Source of the DNA: an uncultured virus (IMG/VR IMGVR_UViG_3300017938_000552)
Lineage: Duplodnaviria > Heunggongvirae > Uroviricota > Caudoviricetes
Reading direction: 5' to 3' (one strand)
DNA length: 64,000 bases
IMG/VR virus record: IMGVR_UViG_3300017938_000552
Numbering within the stretch: the first letter of the stretch is position 1; each line of letters begins with the position of its first letter. The position numbers and the translations under genes are program-made. This document shows positions 8,262 to 18,883 of this stretch, in pieces. The notes under the pieces were generated by a model, which ran no database searches, was not told where the DNA came from, and saw only the letters and a program-made list of their open reading frames with translations.

Positions 8262-10367
8262 TTTTATTTCTCCCTTTGGAATACATTTTTATAAATAATT
8301 TCTCCCATTTTTTCTAAAATCAAAAAAGTCAACTACAGATTGATATAGCCACCCACCTAGAATAAAAGAAACACCACCACAGATCATAAAACCCATTTTA
8401 TCTCTATCAATAAAGGAAAAATATGTTAAACCCCATAATAATACTGCAAGTGTCAAACAAATTACTACATCCGTTTTATGACTTTTAAAACGTATCTGAA
8501 ACAATTCTTCCCTATCCATTTTTTTGCTTCTCCCTCACCAACCTCTCTTCAGATTCTATACAGCAATCATGGTAAAATGAACAGGAAAGACAGGTTTTGT
8601 TCATCAAATAGATGTGCTTTGGTGTACTTTCATATGGAGAATCTTTCCAGCCGAAACATGCTAGATCACGATCTGTTGTGTAACACATTTTTATTCCCTC
8701 TCGTTTCTTGACCCAATACCAATACCAACATTAATGCCCCACAAAAAGTAGCATGTTGTATAAAGTATGAGCCAATATACACTACCCATACCAAATTCTA
8801 CGCCGATAGCAAATAGTATGCCACCAACGATGAGTAATATTACTTGAATAATTACTAATGTTTTTGTTTTCATTTTACACTATCATCCCCAAGCCTCATT
8901 AAACGTCATACCATTTTTCATTTTTTCTGCGGTGTCAAGGAAGTTCAATATTCCGCAATAATAATTTTCAGAATCCATAAAATTAGCAAGAAGTTGTTCA
9001 TATTTTTCCTGCAACTTATGTATTTTCTCAATACTCATAATTTTTATAAAACTATCTAACTGCTTTTCCAACGGACTTTTCCTCTTAAATATATTTCTTA
9101 TCATTTCACTTCATCCTTTACCTGTGATGAGTCGAGTGTGCCATCAATCAGATGAATATATTGTTTCATCTGTTCTTCTGAGAACTTTGCTGTTCTTTTC
9201 TCTAAGCTCTTTGCACATCTTATATATACTTCTGCACTATCCTTCATCATAATGTAGTCATAATATGCTATTTTAACAGGGTTTTTTTCTATAGTAATCA
9301 TTTTTTCACATCCAATTTAACCAATACTAACAATAAACTAATTGAAGTTAAAAATGAAACACCAAAAAATACCTGACCCAAAACATCATATCCAAACAAA
9401 CGCCATGATATTAGCACACCAACTAGACCTGAGAGATAAATAATACAAGAAAAGAAAAAAAACCAATTATTTTTCATTTTTTTATCACCTATCATAACGT
9501 GTTACAGCCATTAATAAACCTTCCGTTTATCATCAACCTCAACAATTTTCAACAAGTAGATGAGGTAGCTACCTACTCGCCTCTTGTTATATCTTTTCCT
9601 AGCCGAACTTTCATCCTCAAAGTATTCTGGTTCCCAATCACCAGAACTGGAATTGACTTCAGCAACTATCCATCTTTCAGTCATTATCTTAACCATCCAC
9701 TTTATGTAATACTGATGTGCTTATAGATGGTTGTGTCTTTTCCCACTCTTCTTGTATTTTCAAAGTTCTGCCTATGTTCCAAGGGCATTTATCACATATA
9801 TGTTCTAACTCGTCAACCTTGGCTTGGAAATTCATCACTTCACCCCTTGCCCTATCACGTTCCTCTTCGAGTTTTAGAATGGTTTCGTGATCGTTCATTG
9901 AGATTCCTGCTTTGTCTTTTCCTCTGCTGTTTGAATTACTGTTTTTAGACCAATATAGATACCGAAACCTATACCACTAAAACCTATGGCTAAATCACCA
10001 ATGAATTGGTTTCCAAGCATGACAAAACCAACAAAAGAGAGCATACCAATGGTTGCACAGATCGCTTCTATTAAAACAGCAACTTCAAATCTCATTTTTA
10101 GTTCATCCTAGTGTGGTAACAATTTTATTTAAATTAGCACCATCTTCCTTAGCTAACCTTTTCATAAAGTTGATTATAGCTTCTGGTTTATTCCCAACTA
10201 GCTCAAAGGAATAGGTGGGTGGACAGCAAAATGTTCTCACCACGATTAACTTATCCGTATCTAGGTCAATACAAGCCATATCCATTAGTCTTTGGGGAAT
10301 TGTATATTTATTATAAAAATCAATTCCTACTACCTTTTTTTCGGACAAATTACAGTCATTCTCATTA

Positions 10368-10637
10368 CTACGATGTACCATATAAAGGTTTCGGTTTAGC
10401 AAATAATTTCTTGTTTTCCGCTTCTAATCGTCTAAAGAAAGCCTGTCTCTCCTTTGTCATATAACCATTGCCTTCACACCAGAGACAAAGACTATAATCT
10501 GTCTCAAATGTTCCATCTCTCCCAAAGTGGAAATATCCTTCACCTTTACAGTGTGGGCAGACTATAGCACCTTCTGGTATCTTTATGGTTTCACGATAAA
10601 TTTCGCCCTGTCTTACAGGATGAACATAATCAGACAT
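10368..10637 (-). CDS. DnaJ-type CxxCxGxG zinc finger protein
   Basis: CPHCKGEG and CLWCEGNG. Confidence 0.7.
   Translation of the reverse strand: MSDYVHPVRQGEIYRETIKIPEGAIVCPHCKGEGYFHFGRDGTFETDYSLCLWCEGNGYMTKERQAFFRRLEAENKKLFAKPKPLYGTS
10380..10395 (-). promoter_or_regulatory. class A promoter inside the 3' end of the upstream gene
   Basis: ACCGAAACCTTTATAT; implies the next gene starts at TTG 10348. Confidence 0.6.
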
Positions 10638-11178
10638 TTTTCTATCTCCTACATTGGCTTGGTTCCTTTTAACTCTTCCTGCATCTTGTCTCTTATCTTC
10701 TTTGGGAATTCTTTGAGCAACATTGTGGCAACATCATCGTCTTGAATTGATTGAATGATCTCGTTCCATTCTGCCAATGTAAGTGTGATAGTTACCGAAA
10801 GGTCCATTATTGTTGTTTTTTTACTCATCCTTTATCCACCCTTTCTATATTTTTTAAATGATATTCCACAGATTCCGTGATAATATCACTCCAAGCCCAC
10901 ATCTGAAGGGATTCCTCTATTTCATTCCGTAATTCTTCATCTGTTAGATTATATTTCTTCTTAGTCTCATCCCATATATGCTTATATGTGAAGAGTTCAT
11001 AAGTTTTATAAACAGCAGGTTCAATCATTTCATCACCAAGCGGTGCTTTCAAACTTTTAACTGTTTCTGATGGATGATACACATTAGATTTTGGATATTT
11101 ATCTTTCCAAGATTCAGTCATTCTTTACACACCCATGATTCTGGGTATCTCTATCTATTCTCAGTTAGAATTCTAAGC

Positions 11179-11194
11179 ATTTAAACCTTTCGGT
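11179..11194 (-). promoter_or_regulatory. class A promoter
   Basis: ACCGAAAGGTTTAAAT with extended identity to 8063-8088. Confidence 0.8.
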
Positions 11195-13191
11195 TATTAT
11201 CTGTGAATACCTATACAAAGACCACCATTAGTGGCATTATCAATCTTACAAACACCATATTCCTCAAGTTTTTTTATAATTTCTTGAATATCACATATTC
11301 TACTCAATTAAATTCACCTGAAACATGGCGGGTTACGTGTATCATCGAACAACTTTTCCCTACGTTCAACCTCCACTAAAAATATTTTCATTCTTATCCT
11401 CATAATTCTTATTTCCTCATTAATATCAACAAAAGAATAATTTCTCATATCTTCTCTAATTTCCATAGCTAATTCATCTGGGTCTTTACATCCCGTTTCA
11501 AATGATCCAAGTTTATTCATTTAATCACTCTCCAATTATTACATCTCTGTTTTTTCAATTCTTCTTCCCATCCTTTTTTGTCTGTATCAACTAAATATAA
11601 TGCTCTAATCCAAATATTTTCAGGTTCATCCACAGAAAAACGACAGGTATATTCATGTGGAGAATCATCATAAGATAAAAATCCAAATCGCTTATAGAAG
11701 CAATTAAAACAGGACTTTTCACTCATTTTTTATCCACCGATCTTTCTAATTTTTTCTCAGCTTGCCGAATCATAGTCGTAACATGACAGTTAATTCTGCC
11801 ACATGTTGGGCAAACTGGCTTACCATCCTTTCCTATCATTTTTTAATAACTCCATAGAGGCAAAACACACCATTGTTGTCCAAATCAAACTCTAGACAAT
11901 GTTCACAAATTTCACAGTTTCCCATGTTCTGCCAACCCGTTTTTTTGTCTCTGGTTGGTATGCCCTCAATTATTGGTGGCTCTTTGGGTGGTGTAGTAAT
12001 TATACCATTAAGATATTGGTTCCACTCTTTTACTATTGGTTCATTTTGCTCCGAAATTAATTGCCGTTGTTCATCTGTCATTTTAGAATAGTCATATATC
12101 TTATAGGTTTTGGGACACCAAACTGCTGAACTACGCACTCTGAATTTTGCTTTTCTTAAAAGTTCTACATCCATATTAATCACTTCTTGGCTGAAAGTGG
12201 CTGTTCCAAATTTTTATATGCCTTCTCGATGGCTGGTATCAATAGTTTGCCGTTGTTTCGTTTTTCAACCAAGTTTGAGAATTGCCTGTTACCTCTTTCT
12301 TCTCTGAGAATATGTGCAATCTTCCATGCGTCATTAGATAGTAAAACTAAATGGGTATAGCTTCCCCCAACTCTTCCCGTATTATCTTTTTTGATGAAGG
12401 CAAAGGGGCATCTGACAAAACTGATAAACTTGTCATCGTGCCATCCCTTAGCTATATCAAGGTCTGTATCATTCATTCGAGATGGTTGAACACAACCCAT
12501 CTGGTTCACCATACAATCCTCAAAGTACAAAAGTAAGTTCCTTTCATCCTTGGTCATATCTTCAACTTTCATTTTTCATTCACCCTATTTTCTACCTCTT
12601 TAATATGGGATAAAAGTGGTTCATTCTTCTCCGATTCCATTCGCCAAGTCTCACCATCAAATAATTCTATCTTTCCCTTACTTGTACGCCATATCAGAGA
12701 ATCATCAGGATTAATTCGAGCCTTCCATAAAAGGTGCTGAATGAAAGCTAACAACTTCTCAGGGTTCTCAATCCATTCCTTTACTGTATCTTCAACAGTG
12801 ACTCTTTGGATACTCATTTTTTCACCATCTCTGAAAACTTTGTCGTATATGATTCTGTATTAGCGGCATACTGTTCAGACCTATATGAACAACTCTCAAT
12901 TGGACATTTTAATTCTGATCTAGTCCACTCATCTGTGGAAATTAATTTTTCCAAATGAATCGGACATATTCTCCTGCCTGATTTAAGTTCATAATATGAG
13001 TATCCTGTTAGTGGGTGTGTATATCCACTGAAATAAAAGGATTTTCTTTCTACGTATAGCCCAAACTTTTGAAATGTATGTCTAGCTGATTCGGTACGTA
13101 TCTCGAAGTTATTTATATCACCCCTTAGAGACTTCATACCACGTTGAAAACTCTTGTTCCAACGATATTCTCCATATGTGAATTTCATTAT

Positions 13192-13467
13192 TTATCCAAC
13201 CCTATCTATCAACCGATTATAGGCATCTATAATTGAACCTTTAGCATCAAGTTCCTTGAATGTTGATCTGCAATGGATGTTCTTACACTCAAATACAAAT
13301 ATGTAGTTATTATCGGTTTTTATCTTTGTGCTAAAGAGTTGATCCTTTTTGCACATTGGACATATATACGGTCCTTTAAACATGTTATGAACATTATTTC
13401 TTCGATGTTCTGTAAGAGAGGCTTTATATTCCTCAATTTCATCTATTGATTTTTGCATTACTGTCAA
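13192..13467 (-). CDS. Elf1-like zinc ribbon protein
   Basis: PYICPMC...FECKNIHC...IIDAYNRLID resembles Elf1 FxCPxC...CxxC...VDxYxxxxD. Confidence 0.55.
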   Translation of the reverse strand: MTVMQKSIDEIEEYKASLTEHRRNNVHNMFKGPYICPMCKKDQLFSTKIKTDNNYIFVFECKNIHCRSTFKELDAKGSIIDAYNRLIDRVG

Positions 13468-13487
13468 TAACAGAGTTGGTTGATGAG

Positions 13488-13504
13488 TTTATAAAGATTT
13501 CGGT
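13488..13504 (-). promoter_or_regulatory. class A promoter
   Basis: ACCGAAATCTTTATAAA. Confidence 0.75.
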
Positions 13505-13517
13505 TAAAAGACCGAAT

Positions 13518-14141
13518 TTAAACGGATATTTTGTTAATAACTTCCTGTCCTTTCACAGCAAGGTCAAACGGGTTTGTGGTGCATGGCAGACTTCTATACT
13601 CAAATCCGTGTTTCTTAGGTTCCCACTCACCAAGCATCCTCTTGTTGGAAACCACATAATCTTTGAATGTGTTGTCCAATTCAAAAACCATATGTCGAAT
13701 TTCATCCTTTGTGAAGTCTCTAAACTTTTCTTTTTCTGTATCCCATATGGAAAAGTGAACGTGCATACCAGCAGTTGCCCTTCCGGGTAGAAGTCCTGTG
13801 TTGTGGGTGTGTTCGGTCTTTCCATAGATGTTTTGTGTACTATCACCAAATGAGGCATGATGATACTTTTCGGCTATATATTTCTGCCATTCGTCTGTGA
13901 CTTTCATTTCTGGACTTAGAAGTATTTTTAATCCTAACACACGTGCCTTTTCTCTTTCGTTGCTTTCGGCTAGTCCAAGTGTATCAACAACTCTCTCTGG
14001 GTTACTTCCCCAAGCAGAACGGACTTCAACAAGGAAGCCCATCTCATCAGCAGGGAAGTTGTACATAGGTGCTTCTACGATTCTGTTATCAGAGTCGAGA
14101 AGCCACATCTCTCTCTCCAAACCAATCTCTTTGATTAGCAT
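13518..14141 (-). CDS. COOH-NH2 ligase (glutamate-cysteine ligase/amidoligase fold, phiEco32-like)
   Basis: IGLERE, VEVR, AGMHVHFS, GFEYRSLP; ATG 14141 sits about 22 nt below a TATA box at 14163. Confidence 0.7.
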   Translation of the reverse strand: MLIKEIGLEREMWLLDSDNRIVEAPMYNFPADEMGFLVEVRSAWGSNPERVVDTLGLAESNEREKARVLGLKILLSPEMKVTDEWQKYIAEKYHHASFGDSTQNIYGKTEHTHNTGLLPGRATAGMHVHFSIWDTEKEKFRDFTKDEIRHMVFELDNTFKDYVVSNKRMLGEWEPKKHGFEYRSLPCTTNPFDLAVKGQEVINKISV

Positions 14142-14215
14142 ACATACTACCTTTATCGAGAATATATAAACGTTTGTGTACTGTTTGCACAAAAAATACA
14201 TTAAAACATTAAGTT

Positions 14216-14584
14216 TTACCTGAAATAAGTACCGTAATATATAATCAGGGCATTGTTAGCAACAACTATCATGTTTATTTCAATAGCTAATATAATGAAA
14301 ACCTTACAAAATTTCCGATATGCCAGTGATGCATTATGCCTTTCAAGATAGTTTTGCCCAAATATAAGCACACCAGCCACACCACTCATTATCAGAAATG
14401 ATACTAATATCACAAGTGGATAGCCCCCTAAATTCAAAAGATATGCGGTTACAGGATTTGCCTCATATCCATAACCATGACTTATAGAAACAGTGGTTGT
14501 GATCAAATCTAAGAATTTCGTAAAGAAGAGAAGAGATACAATTATGAAAGGTTGTATTTTTAGACTCTTAATTTCAGAACCCAT
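14216..14584 (-). CDS. DUF5658-like membrane protein
   Basis: LDxxTT...GYxxEANP, C-terminal NN, three hydrophobic helices. Confidence 0.7.
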   Translation of the reverse strand: MGSEIKSLKIQPFIIVSLLFFTKFLDLITTTVSISHGYGYEANPVTAYLLNLGGYPLVILVSFLIMSGVAGVLIFGQNYLERHNASLAYRKFCKVFIILAIEINMIVVANNALIIYYGTYFR

Positions 14585-14607
14585 ATTTGATATTTGGTTG
14601 TGATCTG

Positions 14608-14624
14608 TTTATAAACATTTCGGT
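14608..14624 (-). promoter_or_regulatory. class A promoter (leaderless transcript likely)
   Basis: ACCGAAATGTTTATAAA, 24 nt above ATG. Confidence 0.75.
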
Positions 14625-14629
14625 TCAGT

Positions 14630-14983
14630 TTAGGAAAAAATGCTCTGATATATAATAATACAATTATTCAGGACAACAATCATATTAAATATGAAAAAAC
14701 CATAAGTAACTATCCTAATTGTAAATATCGTTGGTATACCCTCTCTATTGAACCATTTTTGCATGAAAAGGATCATGATACCAACACAGGACATAACCAA
14801 TAAAGATACAATCGCTAGTGATAGAAAACCACCTATACCTAGAAAGTACGCTGTGATGGGGTTTGCTTCAGAGGCATAACCACTTTTTATTCCAAAATAA
14901 GTTGTTCCTAAGTCCAAAATCTTTGAACCTAAGAGAAGTGTGAAGACTGTGACGGGTTGGAGTTTTCCTTGTGTCTTGGACAT
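14630..14983 (-). CDS. DUF5658-like membrane protein, tandem paralog
   Basis: LDLGTT...EANPITAY...NMIVVLNN. Confidence 0.7.
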   Translation of the reverse strand: MSKTQGKLQPVTVFTLLLGSKILDLGTTYFGIKSGYASEANPITAYFLGIGGFLSLAIVSLLVMSCVGIMILFMQKWFNREGIPTIFTIRIVTYGFFIFNMIVVLNNCIIIYQSIFS

Positions 14984-15019
14984 AATAATTTATATGTGAT
15001 AACTTACTTATAAGGTTTT

Positions 15020-15169
15020 CTATTTTATAGGTGATGTCATACCATCGGATTTTCCAGCCAAAGACATCATTTCATTATAACACTTTAGACAAAGTTCTCT
15101 TTGATTTTTTGGATCATATCCCAGAAAATCGGTCTTACAACCACATTTATCACACGTTGTTTTTCCTAT
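15020..15169 (-). CDS. 49-aa CxxC..CxxC zinc ribbon with ATA start
   Basis: GGAGGTGA RBS then ATA GGA AAA; GKTTCDKCG...LCLKCY; in-frame TGA three codons upstream. Confidence 0.6.
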   Translation of the reverse strand: MGKTTCDKCGCKTDFLGYDPKNQRELCLKCYNEMMSLAGKSDGMTSPIK

Positions 15170-15641
15170 CTCTAATCACCTCCATCCAGAGATTTTCCAT
15201 TTTTATCCAAGCACTTACATTTTCAAGGGTTATTTTTCTCTCTTTATCCAAGTAGTAGATTTCCTTTATCCCACTTTGAATGATAAAACGTCTGCACATA
15301 AAACATGGGCTATCTCCTTTGGCATCGCCAGCAGGGGAAAGATACATGGTTGCACCCCATCTACGTATTGGATCGGCTTGAATTATGGCGTTCTGTTCAG
15401 CGTGAACGGCTGGACAGAAGTTGTAGGATGTTGAATGTTCTTCGTTCTCTAAGTCCTTGAGACAGGGCATTTCTTCCGTTCCATAGTTGTGAGTTCCATG
15501 TGCAGAACCGTTATATCCCGAACTGATAATCATGTCATCTTTTACGATGATTGCACCGAACTTTCGTCTTGAACAGGAAGAACGTTCAGCAACAACACCT
15601 GCTATATCCAGATAATACTGGGTTTTTGTTGGTCTAGACAA
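15150..15641 (-). CDS. dCMP deaminase family protein
   Basis: RSSC, SGYNG, HAEQNA, SPCFMC. Confidence 0.92.
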   Translation of the reverse strand: MSRPTKTQYYLDIAGVVAERSSCSRRKFGAIIVKDDMIISSGYNGSAHGTHNYGTEEMPCLKDLENEEHSTSYNFCPAVHAEQNAIIQADPIRRWGATMYLSPAGDAKGDSPCFMCRRFIIQSGIKEIYYLDKERKITLENVSAWIKMENLWMEVIRDRKNNV

Positions 15642-15667
15642 TTCTATATTTTAACCACATGAACTAC

Positions 15668-15683
15668 ATATAAATGTTTCGGT
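15668..15683 (-). promoter_or_regulatory. class A promoter
   Basis: ACCGAAACATTTATAT. Confidence 0.75.
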
Positions 15684-16388
15684 AAATATATCCCAGTTTC
15701 CTTTAATATATAATTTTTTTGGTTATTTTTTCAGCTTTTTTTCCAATTCCTCTATCTTTGTGTTGAGTATAGCAATATCAGCATAGTGCTTTAACTTAAC
15801 TTCTGGTGCTTTTGCCCCACCAAACTCTTGTTTCCACAAAGTAACTTCATTCTCAAGAACCTTGTATGGGCATTTGTTCGGAGTACACCGTATCTTAATA
15901 CAGAAATCACGGTTCGGGCAACTAAGCTGGATTTTCTCTTCCTCACTCAATTTATATGTCATTTTTTCACCATTCCATCGGCTGTGGATTTAATACAAGA
16001 ATAACGTTTCATATTTTCATTAAATGAACTTGTCTTTTTCTCTTTATCAGACCATTCACTTAACCTAGCCATACCATCTTTAAAATAACTAAATTTCATA
16101 GCACATCTTAGACACCTTGCATCTCCATATCTCTCTATATCAGACTGAACCCATTTGTGAGGTAGTAAATCTTTTTCAGTAAGAGGAACCACAAGTTGAA
16201 GTTTATCAAGTAATTTTTGAAGTCTTACACGTTCTGCATCATATTGATTTTCAGATGAGAAGTCCCTTTTCTTATATGCCTCATCAGCAAGTTTTTTTAG
16301 TTTTGAAATCCTTTCTTCCAAATTCTTTATACTATGTGTTGGATTATTATTCATCATATTGCACAATAACCTATGTTATTGATCATTA

Positions 16389-16404
16389 ATATAAGTCTTT
16401 CGGT
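16389..16404 (-). promoter_or_regulatory. class A promoter
   Basis: ACCGAAAGACTTATAT. Confidence 0.7.
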
Positions 16405-17084
16405 TTGAAACCACCAAAATCATTAGTTATCTATTATAAAATAAATAGATTTTTTACTATCTACTCGTCTACGCTTCCACGCTTCCACTCTTCAAATATT
16501 ATGATGTGATCTCATTTTTTCGCCTTTTCTTTTTAAGAAAGCAAAATATTTTAACAGAATTCTAACATCTTTTTCTGTCCCATTTCTAACTGCCATATTC
16601 TGAACGATTCTAAAGCTATCCGTGCAACCTCTACTTTTATACCAGTTTAGAATCACAATCGAACCAGCAAGTGGATTTGGTTCCCTTTCTTCTCCTATAA
16701 AATCGCCAAACGGAACATAAATCACCCCTGCACAATCATCATTATCATACCAATATGTTCCATATGGTGAATAATTATCTTCATGCTGGTTACAGAACCT
16801 ACGGAGTTTATTTATCAAAAAGCAATTCCAGTTATCGTCCCTGAAAGTGCCATCTAGATTGAAAGCACAGTATGGTGGGCTTCCATTCCAATTCTGTTTA
16901 CCGTGTCTGCAAAGTATTCCTGTCAATATTTTTCCTTCCTTTGCACCAACATTCCCAGCACATTTCCTTAGTACCTTCCCTACCTACAGTTCTAGACCAT
17001 TCTAAATATGCTGAAATACTCAGTGGGTTACTACCAATGATGATTATCTCAGATTCGTGACCACATTTATACTTTGTCAAACTT

Positions 17085-17134
17085 TTTCAATATGAGTAAA
17101 GACCTGTGTAGTATTTAAATCTTTCGTATCTAAA
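17085..17134. repeat. 50-bp promoter-containing direct repeat, copy 1
   Basis: 45/50 identical to 17361-17410 by manual alignment. Confidence 0.85.
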
Positions 17135-17360
17135 GATATTTAGGTAATGTTTCCATAACCAAAAAAGAAAGCTAACAAATCCATGAAAATACTACACCCA
17201 CAAGCTACAATAAATCCAGCAACACCCGGAGTATAATTTGACTGGTAATTGGAAAACCAACCAGTATACCAAATTCCAAATATGACAAGATCAAATGCCG
17301 AACTTAGCACAATGGCTATACCAAATGCTTTCCAATCCATATTAGACTTCACCATTTCTA

Positions 17361-17410
17361 TTTCAATACGTGTAAATACTTGTGTAGTATTTAAGTCTTT
17401 CGTATCTAAA
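17361..17410. repeat. 50-bp promoter-containing direct repeat, copy 2
   Basis: Minus strand contains ACGAAAGACTTAAATA; the two copies flank ORF 17140..17355. Confidence 0.85.
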
Positions 17411-17445
17411 CAAACCTTTAAATACTATTAATGTTTCTATAATAT

Positions 17446-17504
17446 GCTTACTGCCTCAAAGCACATCGCTGACTGACCAATTACTTTGACGGGGAGGGGT
17501 AAGC
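17446..17504 (+). ncRNA. candidate ~60-nt stem-loop small RNA
   Basis: CAAACCTTTAAATA at 17411-17424; GCUUAC/GUAAGC and UCAAAG/CUUUGA stems, 22-nt loop, followed by TATTTT. Confidence 0.45.
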
Positions 17505-17514
17505 TATTTTCTTC

Positions 17515-18474
17515 TTATCCCATATTTTTATACGGACAATCTCTAACACTAACATACATACACATTCCGATGCTACGCAACTTTGAACATGTATATGGTT
17601 TTAGATGTCTACAAGATTTAATTTGACTTAAACATATGGTGTTATTCCAATCCAACCAATTCAATGGCTCAAGGAAACTTCTTACATCCTCTGGACTGAA
17701 AACCTGTAATAAATCTGTCGCTGTTGCAACCCTAGCAGAATGTACAGGGTTTGGAACTGTTATTGCATTGTAAAGGCAAGGTCTTAGATATGCTTTTAAA
17801 AGATCGTTTGTTCGACCAGACACAACAGGTTGAGCTATTAATGATGGTGTCATATTCACGATTTCAGATAGTTTTAACTGTGGTAAATCGTTTATTGTTT
17901 GTGTTGGTTTTGGTGCTTCTGAAAATTCATGTGGCATCCTTGACCAGTTAATAACATCCATCCACTTGAAATTTACAAACTCTGGTGGAAGTGGTGTACA
18001 CCAGAACCTATTCTGTGGTGGTCTACGTGTATTGGGTATTCTACTAATTCTTCGTATATCTCCGATGCAATGTGGGTCTGCTGTTGTTTTTGTATATCCA
18101 TCACCAAAAACAGCTCTGAGAATACCCCAAGTTGCTTGTGATAAAATCTCTTTCGTGGTTGGAATTGGCTTTAACAGAACATAAATATGAACACCTTTTT
18201 TACCAGACGCAATTACCGCAACCGAATGTCCTTCTGCCATAAGCCATTTATAAACTCTCTTTGCATCTTCAAGTGCAGAGGCATAACCATCAAAATCATA
18301 AAAAATTTTGTCCACTTCATAATCTAATGTATAGATTGAGGTATAACAATCAGTTACTCCGTCATTTTCAACTAAATAACGTTGCATTGCATCCATGTTA
18401 TAAATATTCGATCTTATTCCAACTTCTCTGGGAAACTTACCAAAAAGTTGTCGGGTTAGTTGATCAAAAATCAT
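17515..18474 (-). CDS. priS: archaeo-eukaryotic primase, PriS-like catalytic domain fused to a Cys-rich PriL-CTD-like domain
   Basis: FYDFD, SGKKGVHIY, DIRRISRIPNT; C-terminal RPCL..H..R...TCSKLRSIGMC..C. Confidence 0.85.
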   Translation of the reverse strand: MIFDQLTRQLFGKFPREVGIRSNIYNMDAMQRYLVENDGVTDCYTSIYTLDYEVDKIFYDFDGYASALEDAKRVYKWLMAEGHSVAVIASGKKGVHIYVLLKPIPTTKEILSQATWGILRAVFGDGYTKTTADPHCIGDIRRISRIPNTRRPPQNRFWCTPLPPEFVNFKWMDVINWSRMPHEFSEAPKPTQTINDLPQLKLSEIVNMTPSLIAQPVVSGRTNDLLKAYLRPCLYNAITVPNPVHSARVATATDLLQVFSPEDVRSFLEPLNWLDWNNTICLSQIKSCRHLKPYTCSKLRSIGMCMYVSVRDCPYKNMG

Positions 18475-18493
18475 AAATAATCACACATAGAAT

Positions 18494-18730
18494 TTATGTT
18501 AAACTATTGTACCTTATCTGATCAATGTTTTTCTCAATTTCTTCAAAGTGCCTATCCAAAGTAAATATAAGTTTTCCCATTAAACACAATCTACATATTT
18601 CTGGACTTGGTTTATGTAAACAATCACCAGAATATTTATCATTCATTGGAAGTGGTGTAAATTCACAACTTGGAACATCATCAGAATCATTACGATTTTT
18701 CAATATCCAAGGTTCAGTATGATCAGTCAT
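18494..18730 (-). CDS. Cys-rich hypothetical protein
   Basis: ORF within the replication operon. Confidence 0.5.
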   Translation of the reverse strand: MTDHTEPWILKNRNDSDDVPSCEFTPLPMNDKYSGDCLHKPSPEICRLCLMGKLIFTLDRHFEEIEKNIDQIRYNSLT

Positions 18731-18883
18731 TTTATCTATTCTCTTTTTCGATCATTCTAAATGTTGGATGGTCTGGTGAGTTTGGGTGTGTTACAGTTAC
18801 CCAAACCTGTCCATCTTTTCCAAGTGTGATTTTTGTCACCTTGAGTTGGATTGTATCACCAACTTGTAAAGTGTCCATTTAGA

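Larger units (their letters stand above)
8289..13188 (-). other. array of about 20 small hypothetical ORFs (membrane peptides, Cys-rich proteins), viral accessory region
   Basis: Tightly packed co-oriented 35-130 aa ORFs with ATGA overlaps and GGTGA/GGAG RBS, e.g. 8289..8519, 8691..8873, 9101..9301, 10825..11121, 11836..12183, 12180..12572, 12814..13188. Confidence 0.75.
15723..17355 (-). other. cluster of small hypothetical ORFs (15723..15962, 15959..16366, 16492..16926, 16898..17080, 17140..17355)
   Basis: Co-oriented Cys-rich or membrane ORFs behind class A promoters. Confidence 0.65.

Noticed and set aside
6926..17410. Repeated TTTAAACCTTTCGG read as CRISPR or other guide-array repeats
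   Set aside because: Spacing is irregular (hundreds to thousands of bp) and the copies sit at promoter-like positions upstream of starts
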